Positions 37,276-46,740 of a stretch of DNA of 64,000 nucleotides are shown here, piece after piece; within the stretch, counting starts at the first letter, position 1, and each line of letters begins with the position of its first letter. The notes under the pieces were generated by a model. The model worked only from the letters and a program-made list of their open reading frames with translations. It did no database searches and was not told where the DNA came from. Source of the stretch: an uncultured Gemmatimonadaceae bacterium (lineage in GTDB: Bacteria > Gemmatimonadota > Gemmatimonadetes > Gemmatimonadales > Gemmatimonadaceae); assembly GCA_963761305.1 (NCBI GenBank), contig CAVXGK010000002.1:1248001-1312000 (forward strand), given 5' to 3'. Position numbers and translations under genes: made by a program.

Positions 37276-40170
37276 ATGTCTTTGCAGACCGTACGACCCG
37301 TCGCGCGCCCGATCCTCGCCCCGCCGAGTCGTGCTGTTCGGCACGGTGCCTGGTTCGGCCTGCTCGCCCTCGTCGTTGCCGCTACACCCGCTCGCGCGCA
37401 GAATGGCACGATCTCGGGTCGCGTGACCGAAGCACTGTCGAATCAACCGGTCAGCGGCGCCACGATCACCGCCCTCCGCGCTGCCGGTGGCGGAAGCGCC
37501 ACCGCGCGCTCGACCCCCGACGGGAAGTACACGCTGACCGATCTTCCCGCCGGCACGTACACAGTGACGGTCACGGCGCGCATCGGTCTCGCGCAGAAGC
37601 ACGTCGACGGATTCCTCGTGCAGGCCGGGCAGACCGCTACGCTCGACTTTGCGATGGCGCCGATCGCCGCGCAGCTCGAGCAGGTCGTGACCACGGCCAC
37701 TGGCGGCGCCGAACCGGAGCGAATTCAGGATTCTCCAAATCCGATCTCGGTCGTCACGGCGTCGCAGATCGCCGAGCGGCCGTCGGCCACGATCACCGAT
37801 CACCTGAAGGCGCTGCCTGGCCTGTCGATTTCGGCCGGCGGCATCGCACAGGCGAACATCGTGTCGCGCGGATTCAACAACGCGTTCTCGACGCAGATGT
37901 TGATGCTTCAGGACTATCGCTACGCGGGCGTGCCGTCGCTCCGCGTCAACGTGCCGCTGCTGTTCACGGGCACGAACGAGGACATTGATAGGATCGAGGT
38001 GCTTCAAGGTCCTGCCGCCGCGCTCTACGGACCAAACTCGGGCAATGGCGTGCTGCACGTCATCACCAAATCGCCGTTCCAGTCGGCCGGTACGACGCTC
38101 ACCCTCGACGGCGGCGACCGGTCGATGGTGCGCGGGAGCCTGCGACACGCGGGCATCATCGCCGAGGACAAGCTCGCGTACAAGATCTCCGGCGAGTTCC
38201 TGAACGCGAACGACTTCCAGTACGTCGACCCCAACGAGCCGACGACCTACTCGGCCACCGATCCGCGGATTCCACCGTCGCGCCGCGGCCAGGGCGTCAC
38301 GCACGACTTCGACGTTCGCCGCTACGCGGGCGAAGCGCGCCTCGACTACAAGCTCGACGAGGACACGCAGTTGATCTCGAGCGCCGGGTATTCGCTCATC
38401 GGCAGCGACCGCGAAATCACGACGACGTTCGGCGCCGCGCAGGTGAAGGATTGGAGCTACCTCAATCTCCAGGAGCGCCTGCACCACAAGAACTTCTTTG
38501 CGCAGGTCTTCTATACGAAATCGAACTCCGGCAACTCCGACAGCCTCGACGCGAACGGAACGTACTATCTGCGGTCCGGCATTCCCGTCGTCGACAAGTC
38601 GAGCATCCTCGCGACGCAGGTCCAGCAAGGGTTGCAGTGGAGCCGCACCAAGTTCGTCGTCGGAGCCGAGTATCTCGCCACGCGCCCGCAGACCGAAGGC
38701 ACGATCGACGGCCGCAACGAGAACGACGACAACATCAATGAGTACGGCGGGTACGTTCAGACCACGACCGCGATCACGTCGAAGGTCGACTTCCTCGCCG
38801 CGGCACGGGTCGACGCCAACTCCCGCATCGACGGCTACCAGTTCTCGCCGCGCGCCGCGTTGATCTTCAAGCCGGATTCGAACAACAACTTCCGCGTCAC
38901 GTTCAACCGCGCGTACGCGTCGCCGACGTCGTTCTCGTTCTTCCTCGATCAGTATTCGGGACAGACGCCGGCGCCGGGCATGCCGGTGCAGATCCTCGGC
39001 AACCCGCCGAAAGAAGGCTGGCAGTTCGCGAACAACTGCACGGGCGCCCTCGGTGGACTGTGCATGCGGTCGCCGTATATCCCAGGCGTCGTCGGCGCGT
39101 CCGCGGCCTCGGCGTACGCGGGCTTCGTCACGCCGAACGCAGCGTTCGGTGGCGTCAGCCCACTCCAGGCGATCATTCAGTCGCAGCCGTCGAGCGTTTT
39201 CGGCGGCGATGCGAACAAGGCGCTGTTGCTCTCCGCGCTGCCGCTGGTCCAGGGCCTGCGCCCGACGGACGCCAACGTCGGAAGCGTACTGGTGGACCTC
39301 AACAGCAATACGCCGTTGACGTCGGCGCCCACGAACTACGCTCCACTCGGCGCGAACTTCGCCAACACGTGGGAGGTCGGTTATAAGGGCCTCGTCTCGC
39401 CGCGGGTGAGCGTCGAGCTCGACGCCTGGTTCCAGCGCCGGCCGTCCGACCCCACGACGCAGATTCTCAATCCGGGGATTCTGTTTAACCCCACACAACT
39501 CGGCGGATTCCTCGGAACCAGCATCGCCGGCGAGCTGATCGCGCAGGGCGTTCCGCAGGCACAGGCGCAGGCTCAAGCACAGGCGCTCGCCACGGCGCTG
39601 ACGCAAGTCATGGCGAAGGTGCCCGTCGGCGCGGCCGCGTTCAACAGCCCCCTCTACACGCAGCCCTACCTGGTCTTCTCGTACCAGAACTCGCCGGGTT
39701 ACATCAACGTGCACGGCTTCGATGCCTCGGCAGATTTCCTGCTGCCGCAGGGGTGGTCGCTGGCTACGACGTACTCGAACCTCAACAGGAACGTTTTCAC
39801 CGACGCGCCGGGCGCGACGGTCGCCAATCCACTTGCCGCCAACACGCCGAAGCACCGCGCCACCGCCACCCTGCGCTACGACAGCCAGGAGCACGGGTAT
39901 GGCGTGGAGATTCGTGGGCGCTACGCCGACGCGTTCCCGGTCAACTCGGGCGTCTTCAACTCGTACGGGTTGCCGGCCGGCTCGGTGCCGTATCCCGGCG
40001 TACCGGTCAACGCCTTCCTCGACGCTGGATTCTCGTGGCTTCTTCCGGTCAGTGGGGCGCCGAGATGGTCGTTGAACGCGACGAACCTGCTGAACAATCC
40101 GGTGGCCAGCTTCGTCGGCGTGCCGAAGATCGGCCGCATGATCATGACGCGCGTCTCGTACACGTACTGA
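37276..40170 (+). CDS. TonB-dependent receptor with N-terminal carboxypeptidase-regulatory-like domain
   Basis: Signal peptide, GTISGRV...GTYTVTV, TonB-box-like EQVVTTA, IDRIEVLQGPAAALYG, NATNLLN, terminal RVSYTY. Confidence 0.92.
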   Translation: MSLQTVRPVARPILAPPSRAVRHGAWFGLLALVVAATPARAQNGTISGRVTEALSNQPVSGATITALRAAGGGSATARSTPDGKYTLTDLPAGTYTVTVTARIGLAQKHVDGFLVQAGQTATLDFAMAPIAAQLEQVVTTATGGAEPERIQDSPNPISVVTASQIAERPSATITDHLKALPGLSISAGGIAQANIVSRGFNNAFSTQMLMLQDYRYAGVPSLRVNVPLLFTGTNEDIDRIEVLQGPAAALYGPNSGNGVLHVITKSPFQSAGTTLTLDGGDRSMVRGSLRHAGIIAEDKLAYKISGEFLNANDFQYVDPNEPTTYSATDPRIPPSRRGQGVTHDFDVRRYAGEARLDYKLDEDTQLISSAGYSLIGSDREITTTFGAAQVKDWSYLNLQERLHHKNFFAQVFYTKSNSGNSDSLDANGTYYLRSGIPVVDKSSILATQVQQGLQWSRTKFVVGAEYLATRPQTEGTIDGRNENDDNINEYGGYVQTTTAITSKVDFLAAARVDANSRIDGYQFSPRAALIFKPDSNNNFRVTFNRAYASPTSFSFFLDQYSGQTPAPGMPVQILGNPPKEGWQFANNCTGALGGLCMRSPYIPGVVGASAASAYAGFVTPNAAFGGVSPLQAIIQSQPSSVFGGDANKALLLSALPLVQGLRPTDANVGSVLVDLNSNTPLTSAPTNYAPLGANFANTWEVGYKGLVSPRVSVELDAWFQRRPSDPTTQILNPGILFNPTQLGGFLGTSIAGELIAQGVPQAQAQAQAQALATALTQVMAKVPVGAAAFNSPLYTQPYLVFSYQNSPGYINVHGFDASADFLLPQGWSLATTYSNLNRNVFTDAPGATVANPLAANTPKHRATATLRYDSQEHGYGVEIRGRYADAFPVNSGVFNSYGLPAGSVPYPGVPVNAFLDAGFSWLLPVSGAPRWSLNATNLLNNPVASFVGVPKIGRMIMTRVSYTY

Positions 40171-40218
40171 CGCCCCTCGCGGGCGCCGGCGAATGAGCGC
40201 CGGGGTCGGAGGCGGGGA

Positions 40219-41010
40219 ATGAACGTCCTCACCGCATTCGATCCCGACGCTCGTCTTGTCATCGGGCACCGCGGCGCGGCCGCCCGCTTTCCCGAGAACA
40301 CCTTTGCCGCGTTCGACTACGCGGTCGGGTTAGGGGTCGACGCGATCGAGTTCGACCTCCGCCTCACGCGGGACGGCGTTCTGGTCGTCATCCACGACCC
40401 GACGCTGGACCGCACGACGAGCGGATCGGGACCGGTCGCCGACCAGACGGCCGGCCAGTTGGCGGCGTTCGACGCGGGCGCGCGATTCAGCCCCGACGGG
40501 CGCAATTTCCCATTCGCCGGGACGGGAATCCGCATCCCGACCCTCGAGGAGCTTCTCGAGCGGTACCCGACCATCCCCCTTCTCATCGAGCTGAAGGTCC
40601 CGGAGACGGCCCCTGAGGCGCTTCGCGTCTTTCGGCGGCATGGCTGCGAGGACCGGGTAGTGGTCGACTCGTTCGATTCGCGCGCCCTGCGGCTCTTCAA
40701 AGGAAGCGGCATAGCCACCGGCGCCGCGAAATGGGACGTCGTCTCCCTCGTGTGGCGGAGTGCCGTGCACCTCCTGCCGAGGTCGCTGCCGTACGCGGCG
40801 CTGTGCATCCCGGAGAGGTACGGGGTCGACGTGCCCGTGCCGCGACTCGTGCGCGCGGCGGCGTCGCTCGCCATTCCCACGCACGTGTGGACGGTGAACG
40901 ACCCCGCCGACGCTCGCCGCCTCTGGTCGGAGGGGGTCGTCGGCATCATCAGCGACGATCCGGAAACGATGCTCGGCCTGCGCTCCCAGATCGCGCAGGC
41001 CGCCAAATAG
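40219..41010 (+). CDS. Glycerophosphodiester phosphodiesterase
   Basis: IGHRGAA..PENT, IEFDLRLTRDG..VIHD, IELK, WTVND, IISDDP. Confidence 0.93.
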   Translation: MNVLTAFDPDARLVIGHRGAAARFPENTFAAFDYAVGLGVDAIEFDLRLTRDGVLVVIHDPTLDRTTSGSGPVADQTAGQLAAFDAGARFSPDGRNFPFAGTGIRIPTLEELLERYPTIPLLIELKVPETAPEALRVFRRHGCEDRVVVDSFDSRALRLFKGSGIATGAAKWDVVSLVWRSAVHLLPRSLPYAALCIPERYGVDVPVPRLVRAAASLAIPTHVWTVNDPADARRLWSEGVVGIISDDPETMLGLRSQIAQAAK

Positions 41011-41416
41011 GCAGCAGAACAAAGCTCGCAGGATCCGCGACTCGGTCGCGCCATCGTGAGCGGACTGGATGCGGCGATCACCAGGCGCCAGCGCGGCGGC
41101 AAGTCCACAGCTACGCTGCGATCGCCTCTCCCGCCGGGTCGCGCCCGCGCGTCAGCACGCTCACGGCGAGACCGCGACGCCTGGCGGCCTCGAGGCAGCG
41201 GCGTTCGTTTTCGCGCCGCCCCGGCGCTGATCCCACGAAGGGAGTCCGCCCGAAAACTGGGCGAAAACGGCGACGTACACGCTCCGATCAGATTTGTGAT
41301 GCTCGCGTAACCGATTAATTTGACTACGCGCTCATGAGAGAATGTGAAGTACTTCAGCACATCTCTTTCAACACGCCGTTTTCTCCCGGAAACCAGCCGT
41401 TCTGACCGCCACGCTG

Positions 41417-42397
41417 ATGCCCGATCTCCTCCACACCCGCCTCACAACCGACGCCGGCATCAGCGTTCCCATCATCTGCGGCGCCATGTATCCGTGCAGC
41501 AATCCGGAGCTCGTCGCCGCCGCGTCAGCCGCCGGCGCGATTGGAATCGTCCAGCCGGTCTCGATGACGTTCGTCTTCGGCCACGACTTTCGCGAAGGGC
41601 TCCGCTTCATCAAGAAGACGACTGACCGCCCTTTTGGCATGAACGCGCTGATCGAAAAATCCTCGCGATCGTACCACGAACGACTCGCGCGATGGGTGGA
41701 CGTCGCGCTCGAAGAAGGCGTCCGATTCTTCATCACCTCGCTCGGCAACCCGCGCTGGGTCGTGGACCGCGCGGCCCAGGTCGGGGGCATCGTCTACCAC
41801 GACGTCACCAACCGCAAATGGGCCGACAAGGCGGCCGACAACGGCGTGAGGGGTCTGATCGCGGTGAACAGCCAGGCGGGCGGACACCCCGGGAACCTCG
41901 ACCCACGCGCGCTGCTGGACGACGTGGCGCCGATCGGCCTTCCGGTCGTCTGCGCTGGCGGCGTCGGCGATGCCCGGACCTTCCGGGCGATGATGGACCT
42001 GGGCTACGCCGGCGCCCAGCTCGGGACCCGTTTCATTGCCTCGGCGGAATGCCTGGCCCACCAGGACTACAAGGACGCGATCGTGGGCGCGGAACCCGAG
42101 GACATCGTGCTCACCGAGCGACTGACGGGCATTCCGGTCGCTGTCCTGGACAACGAGTACATCCGCCACCTGGGCCTTCGCGCCGGCCCGATCGCGCGCG
42201 CGATGCTCAAGCATCGCAAGCTCAAATACTGGATGCGGTCGATCTACGCTGCCACGTCGCTTCGCCGGCTGAAGAGGTCGTCGCTCACCTCGTCGGGGGC
42301 GCGGGAGTACTGGCAGGCCGGGAAGAGTGTGGCCGGGATTCGGGACATCCGGAGCGCCCGCGAGATCGTGGAGGAGTTTGCGGCGGCCCTGTCGTGA
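41417..42397 (+). CDS. Nitronate monooxygenase / FabK-like FMN oxidoreductase
   Basis: PIICGAM, PFGMN, AGGH, CAGGVGD, QLGTRFIASAE, WQAGKSV. Confidence 0.87.
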   Translation: MPDLLHTRLTTDAGISVPIICGAMYPCSNPELVAAASAAGAIGIVQPVSMTFVFGHDFREGLRFIKKTTDRPFGMNALIEKSSRSYHERLARWVDVALEEGVRFFITSLGNPRWVVDRAAQVGGIVYHDVTNRKWADKAADNGVRGLIAVNSQAGGHPGNLDPRALLDDVAPIGLPVVCAGGVGDARTFRAMMDLGYAGAQLGTRFIASAECLAHQDYKDAIVGAEPEDIVLTERLTGIPVAVLDNEYIRHLGLRAGPIARAMLKHRKLKYWMRSIYAATSLRRLKRSSLTSSGAREYWQAGKSVAGIRDIRSAREIVEEFAAALS

Positions 42398-42409
42398 AAC
42401 GCGCCAACC

Positions 42410-42436
42410 CAACCTTCTCCACCGCATCTGTGTCTA
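42410..42436 (+). promoter_or_regulatory. Candidate ECF-type (autoregulatory) promoter
   Basis: CAACCT-N16-GTCTA about 20 nt upstream of the ECF sigma start; resembles the generic AAC...GTC ECF promoter pattern. Confidence 0.45.
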
Positions 42437-42457
42437 TCGCCTGACTTTGAGACACTC

Positions 42458-43048
42458 GTGAGCTCCCCCCTGCCTCAGGTTGTCGCTTCTAATCCGCGTG
42501 CCGTGGATCGTCAGCTCGTCGCTCGTTGTCTCGGCGGTGATGGTGCCGCCGAGCGGGAGCTGTACGACGCCCACGTGGACCGGATCTACCGGCTGATGCA
42601 TCGGATAGCCGGCGACGGCGACCTTGCGGCTGATTTCACCCAGGAGGCGTTCATCCGTGCGTTCCAACGGCTCGAGCAGTTCCGCGGAGATGCATCCCTC
42701 GCCACCTGGCTGCACACGATCGCCGTTTCCGTGGCGCTCAACGGGATGCGCAAGGTGAAACGCCTCAGGGTTCGCACCGACACCATGGACACCATCGCCG
42801 AGCTTCCCGCCGCCGGGTCGCCGGCCGGTCTCACGTCCGACCTCCGCACCCGACTCCACGCGGCGATCGACGCGCTGTCGGAGAAGCTTCGCCCCGTGTT
42901 CGTGATGCACGACGTCGAGGGTTACACGCACGACGAAATCGCCGGCGCGCTCGGCATACCGGTCGGAACGTCGAAGGCGCGCTTGTTCGACGCTCGCGCC
43001 CGGTTACGCCTCGCGCTGGCGGCGTTTGCTGGAGACCACATCGCATGA
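42458..43048 (+). CDS. ECF RNA polymerase sigma factor
   Basis: Region 2 (DFTQEAFIRAF...ATWLHTIA) and region 4 (LSEKLRPVFVM...EIAGALGIPVGTSKARL) only. Confidence 0.94.
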   Translation: MSSPLPQVVASNPRAVDRQLVARCLGGDGAAERELYDAHVDRIYRLMHRIAGDGDLAADFTQEAFIRAFQRLEQFRGDASLATWLHTIAVSVALNGMRKVKRLRVRTDTMDTIAELPAAGSPAGLTSDLRTRLHAAIDALSEKLRPVFVMHDVEGYTHDEIAGALGIPVGTSKARLFDARARLRLALAAFAGDHIA

Positions 43049-43821
43049 ACAACGACCATTCGAACCGTGCCGACGAGCTGATCGCGCGAGCTGCACGCGA
43101 CTACAACGAGCCGGGCATCGTTCCGCGCGAGGAAATCTGGAATCGCATCGCCGACGCACGTCGTGTGGCGAGCGTAGCGCCGATCGCGTCCCGATCGCGC
43201 CGGATGCCCGGTTGGGCGTGGCCCGCGCTGGGCGTGGCGGCCGCCGGGTTGGTCGCAGTGGGCGTGGCGATCGGACGTAGCGTGGAGCGCTCGCAGTCTC
43301 GAAGCCCGCAGAAACCGTCGATCGAAACGGCGCGGCACGATTCGAACGCCACGACCCGCCAACCGAACGCCGCTATCGTGGAGCAGCCGCGCAACAGCGC
43401 CCCCAGCCTGCGCGCGCCGGTGCCCGACAGCCAGCGCGCCGCGCCCGTCGGCGAGGAGGCCAACCCCTCGCCGGTCGCGTACCAACTCGCCCTGATCCAG
43501 CATATCGCCGGCAGCGAGGCGATGATCACCGCCTTCCGTGCCTCGGCTCGGCGCGGCGACGTCGACGCGCAGCTCGCGACGTGGTCGCGCGATCTCCTGG
43601 GCGAAACGCGGATGCTCGAGAGCTCGGCGCCGCCCGGCGACGCCACGATGAAACGCCTGCTTCAGGATCTGGAGCTCGTGCTCGCCCAGATCGTTCAGTA
43701 CACGAACCACGACACGCACGCGCCGGACGACCTCGATCTGATCGAACGGTCGATCAAGCATCGCGCGGTGATGTCCAACCTTCGCACCATGTCCACCGGC
43801 CGTCTGCCGAGCGGGACGTGA
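43045..43821 (+). CDS. Putative single-TM anti-sigma factor
   Basis: ATGA-coupled to the ECF sigma; short N-terminal domain (VPREEIWNRI), one TM, C-terminal helical domain (LLQDLELVLAQI). Confidence 0.7.
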   Translation: MNNDHSNRADELIARAARDYNEPGIVPREEIWNRIADARRVASVAPIASRSRRMPGWAWPALGVAAAGLVAVGVAIGRSVERSQSRSPQKPSIETARHDSNATTRQPNAAIVEQPRNSAPSLRAPVPDSQRAAPVGEEANPSPVAYQLALIQHIAGSEAMITAFRASARRGDVDAQLATWSRDLLGETRMLESSAPPGDATMKRLLQDLELVLAQIVQYTNHDTHAPDDLDLIERSIKHRAVMSNLRTMSTGRLPSGT

Positions 43822-43842
43822 ACGATTCGATGAGGAATCAAT

Positions 43843-45192
43843 ATGCGTAAGACTCTCATGATGGCGTTCGGCGTAGCGGCGATTACCGCGTTCGCGGCGG
43901 CGGGAGGCGCGCAAGCCCGCCCGGCCGCCGGCGATACCGCCGCCAGCGATTCCCTGTTCCGGGCGGCTCGGGCGATGCTCGACGGCCGCGAGTACCGGCG
44001 TGCCGTTGGCGCATTTGCGTCGCTGGCCGAGCGGTATCCGTCCACGTCGCGAGCCGGCGACGCCCTCTACTGGCAAGCCTGGGCGCTCTACCAGCTCGGC
44101 AAAGACAACGGAAGCAAGACCGACCTCGCCAAGGCACAGGACGTTCTGACGCAGTTCAATCAGAACGTCGGTAAGAACACGCAGATGGCGAACGACGCGA
44201 CGGATCTCTACTCGCAGATCCGCGCCGCGCAGGCCAAGCTCGGCGATGCCAACGCGGCGAGCGATATCGCCGAGCGTGCGGGAACGTTGCGGCAGCAGGC
44301 TGCGTGCACCGGGTCGCGCGCCGACGACGAGATGCGCATGGCGGCGCTCGACGGTTTGCTCAGCATGAATTCCGAGGACGCCGTGCCGATTCTCGAGTCG
44401 GTTCTCAAGCAGCGCGACCCGTGCAAGGCCGAGCTGCGAAAGCGCGCGGTGTTCATGATCGCGCAGAAGCGCGGGGCGTCCGTCGTGCCCACGCTGCTCG
44501 ACGTTGCGCGCAGCGATCCGAGCACCGACGTCCGCATCCAGGCAATCTTCTGGCTCGGATCGTCGCGCAACGAACAGGCCGTGCCGGCGCTCGATTCGGT
44601 GATCTTTCAGTCCAAGGACGACGACGTTCGGAAACAGGCCATCTTCGCGATGTCCCAGCAGCGGCGCGATCTCGCGCGCCCGACTCTGGAACGCGTCGCG
44701 CAGGACGAGAAGATGCCCGAGGACATCCGCGGCGACGCGATCTTCTGGCTCGGCCAGAACGGGATCGCCGACCTCGACTTCTTCAAGACGCTGTTCAAGA
44801 CGACGCACAGCCAGGAGCTGCGCAGCAAGATCCTCAACGGCGTGGCCACGGGTCGCGATCCCGGCGCGTCGGCGTGGCTGCTCGACATCGCGCGCGACAA
44901 GAGCTTCGACATCGAGACGCGCAAGAACGCGATCTTCTGGGCCTCGCAGCGGCACGAGATGGATCTCACGGTGCTCAACACGCTGTACGATCAGTCGCGC
45001 GGTGAAGACGAGCTCCAGGAGCACATCCTCTTCATCTACTCGCAGCGGCGCGAGCCGGCGGCGGTCGACAAGCTGATGTCGATCGCGCGAAGCGATCCGA
45101 ACACGGAGATGAAGAAGAAGGCGCTGTTCTGGCTCGGTCAGAAGAACGATCCGCGCGTCAAAGCGTTCATCCTGGAACTCATCAACAAATGA
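43843..45192 (+). CDS. Exported TPR + HEAT-repeat protein
   Basis: Signal peptide; ERYPST...DALYWQAWAL TPR-like region; repeats of the A(I/L)FWLGQ type. Confidence 0.85.
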   Translation: MRKTLMMAFGVAAITAFAAAGGAQARPAAGDTAASDSLFRAARAMLDGREYRRAVGAFASLAERYPSTSRAGDALYWQAWALYQLGKDNGSKTDLAKAQDVLTQFNQNVGKNTQMANDATDLYSQIRAAQAKLGDANAASDIAERAGTLRQQAACTGSRADDEMRMAALDGLLSMNSEDAVPILESVLKQRDPCKAELRKRAVFMIAQKRGASVVPTLLDVARSDPSTDVRIQAIFWLGSSRNEQAVPALDSVIFQSKDDDVRKQAIFAMSQQRRDLARPTLERVAQDEKMPEDIRGDAIFWLGQNGIADLDFFKTLFKTTHSQELRSKILNGVATGRDPGASAWLLDIARDKSFDIETRKNAIFWASQRHEMDLTVLNTLYDQSRGEDELQEHILFIYSQRREPAAVDKLMSIARSDPNTEMKKKALFWLGQKNDPRVKAFILELINK

Positions 45193-45959
45193 CGCCGCGC
45201 GCCGTCGCACTTCTCTGCCTCGCCGCCGCACCACTGGCACCGCTGGCACCATTGGCGGCGCAGTCGGTCGCCCAGCGCGCCGACGCGGTGCGCGACGGCA
45301 CGGTCCGGCTCACCTATGCGGCGCGCCCGGGTGTCTGCGGCAACGGTGACGAAGGGGGGGGCGTCTCGATCATGAGTCACCGCGGCGACAACGCGTACTG
45401 GGGATCGCGAGCGTGCGAGACCGGCCCGGTGCGCGTGTCGATCGGGCGGGCGGACAAGCAGACGGTCAGCGTGCGCAAATACGTCGGCGGCCGGTGGCCC
45501 GCGTCCTCGGACGCGACGGACCTCGGTGTCGTCGACGCTGGCGAAGCGGCGCGCTACTTGTTGTCCATCGCCCCGTCGCTCGGCGGCCGAAACGCGAGCG
45601 ACGCGGTCGTCGCCGCGGCGATCGCCGACGTTCCGACGATCGCGCCCGAGCTCACGCGGCTGCTGCAGAACGGCGACGCGCCAATCGAAGTCCGCAAGGA
45701 CGCGCTGTTCTGGCTGGGCCAGAGCGACATCGCGCCCGCGGAGCTGGCGAAGCTCTACGATCGGGGGCAGCCGTTCGCCCTGCGAGAACACTGGACGTTC
45801 GTGCTCTCGCAGCGGCACGAGGACGCGGCGCTCGACAAGCTGATCGACATCGCGCGCTCGGATTCGGACACCGAGATTCGCAAGCGCGCGATGTTCTGGC
45901 TCGGCCAAAGCCGCGACCCGAAGGCGATTCAGTTCCTCCACGACATTCTTCTTCGCTGA
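45189..45959 (+). CDS. Exported HEAT-repeat protein
   Basis: Signal peptide; RPGVCGNG...CETGP; DALFWLGQ and RAMFWLGQ repeats. Confidence 0.85.
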   Translation: MTPRAVALLCLAAAPLAPLAPLAAQSVAQRADAVRDGTVRLTYAARPGVCGNGDEGGGVSIMSHRGDNAYWGSRACETGPVRVSIGRADKQTVSVRKYVGGRWPASSDATDLGVVDAGEAARYLLSIAPSLGGRNASDAVVAAAIADVPTIAPELTRLLQNGDAPIEVRKDALFWLGQSDIAPAELAKLYDRGQPFALREHWTFVLSQRHEDAALDKLIDIARSDSDTEIRKRAMFWLGQSRDPKAIQFLHDILLR

Positions 45960-45966
45960 GGCACGC

Positions 45967-46740
45967 ATGCGTCGAGCGCTCGCGATCCGGCTCTCACTCT
46001 CGCTCGCGTCCATCCCTGCGCCGGCGATTGGCGCGCAGTCGATCGCGCAGCGCCTCGCGGCCGCGGAACGTCCGGTGCAGGTCGTCTATCCCAGCCGTCC
46101 ATCGGCGTGCGGCGACGGACGCACGTACATCAACCACGTGCTCGATGATCGCAGCTCCTACACCAGCGACGGCAGCGAGGGACGGTCGCGCGGACCCTGT
46201 GTGCACGGACCGGCGCGCGTCGTCGCGACGGTCATGGGCGGTGAAGTCACGCGGCTACGCGCCTACGTCGGGCCCGTGCCGCCGTCGACCGACATGGAAA
46301 CGATAACCGCCAGCGCGGCCGATGCGGCGGCGTGGCTCGGCTCGTTGATCACGCGTGAGAACTCGCGCGTCGCGTCGAGCGCGATCTTTCCCCTCATCCT
46401 CGCCGACGCGCCCGATCCGTGGCCGCTCTTGCTGCGCACCGCGCGCGACAACGAGCGCAGCCAGAACGTTCGGCGCGAGTCGCTCTTCTGGCTTGGGAAC
46501 GGCGCCATCGCGCACCTCGGCCTCGAGGGCTCGCGCGACGACTCGCCGGACGACGAGATGCGGACGCAGGCGGTCTTCGTGTTGTCGCAGCGTCCGCGGA
46601 CTGAGAGCGTTCCGGCGCTGATCGACGTCGCGCGAACCGCCACGCACGCAGCGGCCAAGCGGTCGGCGATCTTCTGGCTCGGTCAGACGGGTGACCCGCG
46701 GGCCGCGGACGTCTTTGCCGAGCTGCTCGGACTACGCTAG
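45967..46740 (+). CDS. Exported HEAT-repeat protein
   Basis: Signal peptide; RPSACGDG...CVHGP; ESLFWLGN and SAIFWLGQ repeats; paralogue of the upstream gene. Confidence 0.85.
   Translation: MRRALAIRLSLSLASIPAPAIGAQSIAQRLAAAERPVQVVYPSRPSACGDGRTYINHVLDDRSSYTSDGSEGRSRGPCVHGPARVVATVMGGEVTRLRAYVGPVPPSTDMETITASAADAAAWLGSLITRENSRVASSAIFPLILADAPDPWPLLLRTARDNERSQNVRRESLFWLGNGAIAHLGLEGSRDDSPDDEMRTQAVFVLSQRPRTESVPALIDVARTATHAAAKRSAIFWLGQTGDPRAADVFAELLGLR

Noticed and set aside
37084..40269. 1061-aa minus-strand ORF (also 34058-36289, 42922-45252, 55713-58352)
   Set aside because: Antisense shadows of the TonB receptor, the exported protein, the HEAT genes and the ADOP permease.
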